Origin: an uncultured archaeon
GTDB lineage: Archaea; Asgardarchaeota; Lokiarchaeia; Sigyniarchaeales; SOKP01
DNA length: 64,000 nucleotides
NCBI GenBank assembly: GCA_964508365.1
Contig: CAZDTP010000002.1
Coordinates: forward strand, 92,434 to 156,433
Direction of reading: 5' to 3'
The position numbers and the translations under genes are program-made. Positions 58,483 through 64,000 of the stretch are shown here, in pieces. Below the pieces are notes generated by a model. That model made no database searches. It was not told the DNA's origin and was given only the letters and a program-made list of their open reading frames with translations. Each line of letters opens with the position of its first letter. The first letter of the stretch is position 1.

Positions 58483-59532
58483 ATGATGATGATTAAGGCA
58501 GGAGTAATAGGAGCAACGGGATATGCAGGATCAGAATTAGTAAGAATTCTATATCACCATCCTGAAGTAGAAATAAAAACACTATCCTCTAAAAATCATA
58601 ATAATCAAGTTTATAATTCAATTTATGAAAATTTTAACAAAATATGCGAAATGAAATGTGATGAGAATGAACTCGAAACTATAGCAAGCCAACTTGACAT
58701 TATTTTTTTAACTTTACCTCATGGAGTTACTTCTAAATTATTAACAGAATCCATTTTAAAAAATGTTAAGATTATCGACCTTAGCGCTGATTTTCGATTA
58801 AAATCCATAGAATTATATGAGGAATGGTATAAAATTAAACACAATAATAAAGATCTTTTGAATAAAGCTGTTTACGGCATTAGTGAATGGAAAAGAAAGC
58901 AAATAAGAGTATCAAGATTAATTGCGAACCCTGGCTGTTATCCAACATGTGCTTTATTATGTTTATCACCTCTTATCAAAGAAGGAATTTTAGATCCAGA
59001 TAACATAATTATTGACGCAAAATCAGGAGTATCAGGAGCAGGGCGTTCCTTAAGTCTTACAACACATTTCTCGGAATGTAATGAATCGATAAAACCCTAT
59101 AACGTAACATCTCATCGACATACACCAGAAATTGAACAACAACTAAGTGAATTATATGGAAATGAAATATCAGTAACTTTAACACCACATCTTCTACCAA
59201 TGAATCGAGGAATTTTGTGTACATGCTATGGAAATCTCAAGGATTCATATGATTATGATGAAATCAAATGTATTTATGAAAAATATTATCACAATGAATT
59301 CTTCATTCGTCTGACAAAGAAAGGTGTATTCCCTGAAACAAAATGGGTTAAAGGTTCAAATTATTGTGATATAGGATTTACATTACATAAAAGAGCTGAT
59401 AAAATAATTATTATGGGAGCAATTGATAATTTAATTAAGGGTGCAGCAGGACAGGCTGTCCAAAATATGAATTTAATGTTTAATTTAGAAGAGAATATGG
59501 GATTGAAATCAATTCCTATGTTCCCTGTTTAA
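58483..59532 (+). CDS. argC: N-acetyl-gamma-glutamyl-phosphate reductase
   Basis: IGATGYAG, LPHG, IDLSADFR, ANPGCYPT, KSGVSGAG, HRHTPEI, DNLIKGAAGQAVQNMN. Confidence 0.97.
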   Translation: MMMIKAGVIGATGYAGSELVRILYHHPEVEIKTLSSKNHNNQVYNSIYENFNKICEMKCDENELETIASQLDIIFLTLPHGVTSKLLTESILKNVKIIDLSADFRLKSIELYEEWYKIKHNNKDLLNKAVYGISEWKRKQIRVSRLIANPGCYPTCALLCLSPLIKEGILDPDNIIIDAKSGVSGAGRSLSLTTHFSECNESIKPYNVTSHRHTPEIEQQLSELYGNEISVTLTPHLLPMNRGILCTCYGNLKDSYDYDEIKCIYEKYYHNEFFIRLTKKGVFPETKWVKGSNYCDIGFTLHKRADKIIIMGAIDNLIKGAAGQAVQNMNLMFNLEENMGLKSIPMFPV

Positions 59533-59583
59533 AAAGTAATTTATTAATAGAAAATTTTAAAATTGAGAAAAAGTGAGGGAATT

Positions 59584-60840
59584 ATGAGTCAATTAGGACC
59601 TAAAAAAGATGTGTATGATAAAATATTATTAATGTTTTCTGGTGGGTTAGATACTTCTTGTATGATAAAGTGGTTACAAGAGAAGTATAAAGCAAAAATT
59701 TATACAATCACTGCTGATCTCGGTCAAGAATTTGCCGATCCTTCCAGATTTGACGAAATTGAAGAAAAGGCATTTAGCTTAGGAGTTATTAAACATTACA
59801 CAGTTGATTTAAAAGATGAATTTGTAAATGAATATGTCTTTCCAACTATTAAAGCAAACGGTTTATACCAAGGAATTTATCCTCTAAGTACGGCAATAGG
59901 AAGACCACTAATAGCTATAGAAGCAATAAAAATTGCAAAGCAAGAGAATATTGAAGCAATAGCTCATGGATGCACTGGTAAAGGAAATGATCAAATAAGG
60001 TTTAATGTAACAATAAGAGCTTATGCTCCTAATATAGAAATATTACAACCTTTAATTGAATGGAATATGGGCAGAGATGAAGAAATTAAATATGCCCAGC
60101 ACCATGGAATTCCTATTAAAAAGCAAAATCAAAAATATAGTATCGATGAGAATCTGTTTGGAAGGAGTGCAGAATGTGATATCTTAGAACATCCTGAAAT
60201 TGAACCACCGGAAGATTGTCATGCTTGGACAATATTGCCAGAAAATGCTCCAGATACTCCTGAATATATCCAAGTTGATTTTGAAAAAGGAGTACCAGTT
60301 GGTTTAAATGGAGTCGTGATTAACAGTGTTGAATTAATCAGAAATTTGCATAATTTGGGTTGTAAACATGGAATAGGAAGAGTCAATCATATGGAAGATC
60401 GTGCAATTGGATTAAAATCACGAGAGGTATATGAAGTTCCAGCAGCTTTAATTTTAATTAAAGCACATAAAGATCTTGAAAAATATGTATGTACTAAACA
60501 TGAAAATTCATTTAAAACAATAGTTGATCAAAGATGGACCGAATTAATTTATGAGGGCTTATGGGTCGACCCATTAAGAAACGCCTTAGAATCTTTCATT
60601 AATGTTGTTAATCAAAAAGTAACCGGTAATGTAAAATTGAAATTATTTAAAGGGAGCGTTAATGTAGTTTCAAGAGAATCTCCTTATGGATTATATGATT
60701 TAAATTTGGCGACTTACGATACGAACAGTACATTTAATCAAAAATATAGTTATGGGTTTATACCATTATGGGGTTTACAAAGTGAGATTGGATTTCAAGT
60801 CAAAAATACAATTAATTCAATAGAAAAGTTAAAAAAATAA
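59584..60840 (+). CDS. argG: Argininosuccinate synthase
   Basis: FSGGLDTS, RPLIA, HGCTGKGNDQIRF, YSIDENLFGRS, KSREVYE. Confidence 0.97.
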   Translation: MSQLGPKKDVYDKILLMFSGGLDTSCMIKWLQEKYKAKIYTITADLGQEFADPSRFDEIEEKAFSLGVIKHYTVDLKDEFVNEYVFPTIKANGLYQGIYPLSTAIGRPLIAIEAIKIAKQENIEAIAHGCTGKGNDQIRFNVTIRAYAPNIEILQPLIEWNMGRDEEIKYAQHHGIPIKKQNQKYSIDENLFGRSAECDILEHPEIEPPEDCHAWTILPENAPDTPEYIQVDFEKGVPVGLNGVVINSVELIRNLHNLGCKHGIGRVNHMEDRAIGLKSREVYEVPAALILIKAHKDLEKYVCTKHENSFKTIVDQRWTELIYEGLWVDPLRNALESFINVVNQKVTGNVKLKLFKGSVNVVSRESPYGLYDLNLATYDTNSTFNQKYSYGFIPLWGLQSEIGFQVKNTINSIEKLKK

Positions 60841-60924
60841 CTCTTAAGCAATTTAATTAAATAATGGGTATATTAGGAAAAAATAAAATTGTTAAAAAAT
60901 AAGAAAAGAAGGTGAAAAATAAGA

Positions 60925-61209
60925 ATGTATTATCGAGGGTATATATTAATAAGATTAAAAGTAATTGGTACTGAATGGAAGGTTGTAGATAAATTAGTTG
61001 GTTTGAAATCAACAAATCTAGAGGAGGATTGGAAGATTACCTATGCCACTCCTCTTTATGGTGCCTGGGATGTGATCGTAGAATGTTCGTTTAATAAGCT
61101 AAAGGATTTAGACAAAATCGTTACTTTTTGTCGAATTGATAAAGACCTATCTCAATGGATCGAAGAAACAACCACTCTGATGGGATCCAAAAATGATTAT
61201 CCCGGTTAA
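60925..61209 (+). CDS. Stand-alone Lrp/AsnC ligand-binding (RAM) domain protein, no HTH
   Basis: GYILIRL...LYGAWDVIV...IEETTTL RAM-domain pattern in 94 aa. Confidence 0.8.
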   Translation: MYYRGYILIRLKVIGTEWKVVDKLVGLKSTNLEEDWKITYATPLYGAWDVIVECSFNKLKDLDKIVTFCRIDKDLSQWIEETTTLMGSKNDYPG

Positions 61210-61251
61210 TTCTTCTTTTTAATTCATAAAAAATAAAAAATAATTATTTTA

Positions 61252-61623
61252 TTATTTTAATCTCAAAACGATAGTTATAGCTCTTGTTAATCTTATAACA
61301 TCCATAACATCGCCCTGTTCCACTAATATCTCTTCGCGTGATATAGCATGTGTAAAATCTCCTTTCCCTTCGCAAATTCTCACAATCGCATCAGTTTTTC
61401 CAGACATTACGATAACAGCATCAGATTTGGTTCCTTCTAAAACTTTACTTTTTTGATTTTTTATTTCCAAATAGAAGGGTTCGTCGTTATCAAGATTAAA
61501 CTGGAAAGTTATCTCCCAATCGACATCTTTCCCTGCAATATTTGTCGCAAATACGGCTTGAGCTTTTGGATTTTCGTTCATTTTCTCAACGATTTTTAGT
61601 AAGTTTTCTTTAGCTGGTCCCAT
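61252..61623 (-). CDS. SCP2 sterol-binding domain protein (copy 1)
   Basis: MGPAKENLL...FYLEIKNQKSKVLEGTKSDA...; start set by comparison with copy 2. Confidence 0.85.
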   Translation of the reverse strand: MGPAKENLLKIVEKMNENPKAQAVFATNIAGKDVDWEITFQFNLDNDEPFYLEIKNQKSKVLEGTKSDAVIVMSGKTDAIVRICEGKGDFTHAISREEILVEQGDVMDVIRLTRAITIVLRLK

Positions 61624-61625
61624 TC

Positions 61626-62120
61626 CTACACACCTCCCTCGTATTCTGGTTTTGAAATCCAATTATCGTATTCATCCTCCGGAACGAAAAAGAAATCTGT
61701 CATTTTCCCTTCCCTCAGCTTGTTAAATACTGCTTTAACTCGTTTGCCTTTTTTGATTTTTGAAGGGACCAAATTTTCTGAAAAAATACCCTGAAATAAC
61801 GAGGTTTCAGCTCCATCCAGTTTTATAAATCCAACTCCGTAAGGAATTGCTTTAATAAAAGCTGAAGTAGTATACCACACTATGGTGCTCACTTCAATAG
61901 TTCCAGTCTGTTTAAGCTCCACCCAATCTGCAGGTTCGTAACAATCAGAACAATTAATTCTAGGTGGCATCCAAGTTTTCCCGCACTTTTTACATTTTGT
62001 ACCTAATAATCGCTTATTATTCATCAGCTCTTTAAAAAACTTTGATTGTCCTCCCATAGTATATTTGTAGTTAATCTTTATTACATCTCGAATTTGATGG
62101 TCTTGAAATTCTTCGTTCAT
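61626..62120 (-). CDS. DUF35 Zn-ribbon/OB-fold protein
   Basis: GTKCKKC...PPRINCSDC, LDGAET; ATGA overlap with thiolase stop. Confidence 0.9.
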   Translation of the reverse strand: MNEEFQDHQIRDVIKINYKYTMGGQSKFFKELMNNKRLLGTKCKKCGKTWMPPRINCSDCYEPADWVELKQTGTIEVSTIVWYTTSAFIKAIPYGVGFIKLDGAETSLFQGIFSENLVPSKIKKGKRVKAVFNKLREGKMTDFFFVPEDEYDNWISKPEYEGGV

Positions 62121-63412
62121 GGTTTCTTCAACCCCTCCTCGTTTGCCATTACAATTATCGCAGCATAAGCGGCTCCAGGACCGCCTATTGAGTGAGATAT
62201 CGCTCTACCCTTAGTAATTGGTACTTGATGCTTACCAGCTTCTTCTCTTAATTGAAGAGTAGCTTCACCTGTGCTCATAATTCCCGTAGCACCAACTGCA
62301 TGTCCACATCCAATCAAACCTCCAGAAGGACAGCATGGGAGCTCTCCATTTAACCAAGGCCCTTCTCCAGGTTTTTCGAATGTTTTTTCTATCCACGGAC
62401 CACCTTCTCCGAAAGGTACGAATCCAAGTTCTTCATAACAGATGACTTCTTGACTGGCGAATTGTCTTTATGACAAGGAATGTCCAGAGAAGGCATCATG
62501 AAGCTCAGCGAGGTCAATTTGGCTCTTGATTTTGTTATAATCCAAACCAGCCATTTTGTATGCTGCTTTCGCCGCATAGATATTCGAATATAACCGCCCC
62601 ATGTCCTCACGATTCCCAATAAAACAATCTGTATTCGCCGCACCAACCCCTGTAATCCAAATAGGTTTTTCAACCCCTAACTCTTTCACTTTTTCTTCAT
62701 TTGCTAAAATTAATGCAACTGAAGCCTCGGAGTAAAGGCAACAATCAAGCAATTTGAAGGGAAAACAAATTATTCTGGAGTTTAACACATCTTCTACAGT
62801 TATTTTCATTGGAGATTGCGCTTTTGGGTTTAACATGGCATTTCCGTGATTTTTCACGCTAACGTAGGCCATTTGTTCTTCGGTCGGGTTTCTAAATTCT
62901 TCGTAATGGGCGTTAACCATTGAAACATATGAACTGGCTGCCATCATACCCATTGGGTATTCATATGTCATATCCACTGAATATGCGATCGCGTTCAACA
63001 CTTCTGGAGTAGTTACTCCTGTCTGTTCGTCATAACAATCGTTACATTTTTCCACACCAAGACAAAGACATAGATCAGATAGCCCTGAGGCTACTTCCGA
63101 GTAAGCCATTCTCACAGTATAACCTCCAGTGGCGCCCCCAGAAGCAATTCGAGTCCCCGGTTTATTGTTCATACCGATGTACGAATTTATAAAGATATCC
63201 GGCATGAATTGTCGTTCAAATAACTCGTTATATATACCATAAACCGTAGATTCTAAATTGTTATGAGTAATTTCCGCCCCATTTTTGTTCGCATCTTCCA
63301 AAGCGAGTTTAGTCGCATCGTAGGCGAGCTCGAAATATGTTTTATCCAAATATCTTGCTCTAAAAGGGGTAATTCCTACCCCTATAATAGCTACTTTTTT
63401 CATTGTTCTCAT
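62117..63412 (-). CDS. SCP-x type thiolase, split by a 30-nt intron-like insertion (421 aa if spliced)
   Basis: Track ORFs 62468..63412 and 62117..62317 are the same frame. Removing 62452..62481 gives ELHDAFSGQEVICYEELG...PSGGLIGCGHAVGATG. Confidence 0.9.
62452..62481 (-). other. Candidate bulge-helix-bulge (tRNA-type) intron in thiolase mRNA
   Basis: Intron AUUCCUUGUCAUAAAGACAAUUCGCCAGUC; central helix CUGG/CCAG, bulges ACA and UCA, exon stem GAUG-C-CUUCU/AGAAG-U-CAUC, inner hairpin UUGUC/GACAA with the stop codon in the loop. Confidence 0.82.
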
Positions 63413-63503
63413 TTTAAATTATATCATTTTAAATTTGATTTCAATTATGAGTTATATTAGATTTTTTACTTAATTAATATTAATAGTAATTTGAAAAAAG
63501 AAA

Positions 63504-63554
63504 ATCGAAGAAAAAACCATTCTGATGAAATCTAAAAATGATAATCCCGGTTAA
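63504..63554 (+). pseudogene. 3'-end remnant of the Lrp/AsnC RAM gene marking the duplication breakpoint
   Basis: IEEKTILMKSKNDNPG* versus IEETTTLMGSKNDYPG* at 61159..61209; no upstream part present. Confidence 0.8.
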
Positions 63555-63597
63555 TTTTTCTTTTTAATTCAAAAAAACAAAAAAAATTTAACAAATT

Positions 63598-63969
63598 TTA
63601 ATTTGCTTTTAAAACAATGGTGATTGCTCTTGTAAAACGGATTACATCCATAACATTACCTTTCTCTACTAGAATCTCTTCGCGAGATATTGCGTGCGTA
63701 AAATCTCCTTTCCCTTCACAAATTCTCACGATAGCATCTGATTTTCCAGACATTACTATTAGTGCATCAGATTTGGTTCCTTCTAAAACTTTACTTTTTT
63801 GGTTTTTTATTTCCAAATAGAAGGGTTCGTCACTATCAAGATTAAACTGGAAAAACATTTCCCAATCGACATTTTTCCCCGCTATATTTGTCACAAATAC
63901 GGTTTGAGCTTTTGGATTTTCGTTCATTCTCTCAACGATTTTCAATAAGTTTTCTTTAGCTGGTCCCAT
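63598..63969 (-). CDS. SCP2 sterol-binding domain protein (copy 2)
   Basis: About 88% identical to 61252..61623 by manual alignment. Confidence 0.85.
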   Translation of the reverse strand: MGPAKENLLKIVERMNENPKAQTVFVTNIAGKNVDWEMFFQFNLDSDEPFYLEIKNQKSKVLEGTKSDALIVMSGKSDAIVRICEGKGDFTHAISREEILVEKGNVMDVIRFTRAITIVLKAN

Positions 63970-63971
63970 TC

Positions 63972-64000
63972 CTACACACCTCCCTCGTATTCTGGTTTTG
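63972..64000 (-). CDS. 3' end of a second DUF35 copy (truncated by window edge)
   Basis: Encodes ...KPEYEGGV*, identical to the end of 61626..62120. Confidence 0.75.

Larger units (their letters stand above)
61159..64000. repeat. Tandem segmental duplication, period about 2345 bp (copy 1 61159..~63500, copy 2 63504..beyond window)
   Basis: 61159-61209 matches 63504-63554; SCP2 genes differ at 15 of 123 aa; 61615-61654 is identical to 63961-64000. Confidence 0.9.

Noticed and set aside
62468-62470. Selenocysteine or pyrrolysine read-through of the thiolase stop
   Set aside because: The codon is TAA, not TGA/TAG, and read-through would leave a 10-aa insertion next to the HDAF motif.
62389-62673. 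Track ORF suggesting a frameshifted thiolase
   Set aside because: Both thiolase halves are in the same frame; this ORF is an off-frame shadow.
7188-63820. Numerous short antisense ORFs in the track (e.g. 14502..15086, 17081..17449, 28331..28726, 56714..57028)
   Set aside because: Fully nested opposite well-supported genes, with composition typical of reverse-frame translation.
1-64000. CRISPR arrays, rRNA/tRNA genes, IS elements
   Set aside because: No regularly spaced repeats, GC-rich structural RNA tracts or transposase motifs seen.

Overview
AT-rich archaeal chromosome segment, most likely an Asgard archaeon of the Lokiarchaeia type. This is inferred from H4MPT C1 genes, a Rag-like GTPase-roadblock fusion, TPR/SCP2/thiolase expansions and GGTG/GGAGG ribosome-binding sites. 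In order, the window contains: glycine cleavage genes (gcvT-gcvH-gcvPA), apt, a Rag-like GTPase and a longin/DENN-like neighbour, a divergent HTH-HdrA-MvhD/[NiFe]-hydrogenase operon, H4MPT genes (mtdB-like, mtd, ftr), cdc48, two surface proteins, GlyRS, GNAT/TPR genes, glycerol-3-phosphate dehydrogenase, a large lipid/acyl-CoA cluster (4 thiolases, 5 DUF35, SCP2, enoyl-CoA hydratases), ltaE, a bacterial-type arginine operon (argH, argJBDCG) and a tandemly duplicated thiolase-DUF35-SCP2 module. Top finding: the thiolase at 62117..63412 (-) is interrupted by a 30-nt insertion with an in-frame TAA (62452..62481). The insertion folds into a bulge-helix-bulge/loop motif, and canonical tRNA-splicing-endonuclease cuts remove exactly these 30 nt and restore HDAFSGQEVICYEELG. 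It is a candidate tRNA-type intron in a metabolic mRNA. Second: a candidate Arg-codon leader peptide/attenuator and a palindrome upstream of argJ. Several genes also appear to need non-canonical start codons. No tRNA, rRNA, CRISPR or transposase was recognised. No searches or folding programs were run; all calls come from reading the sequence.
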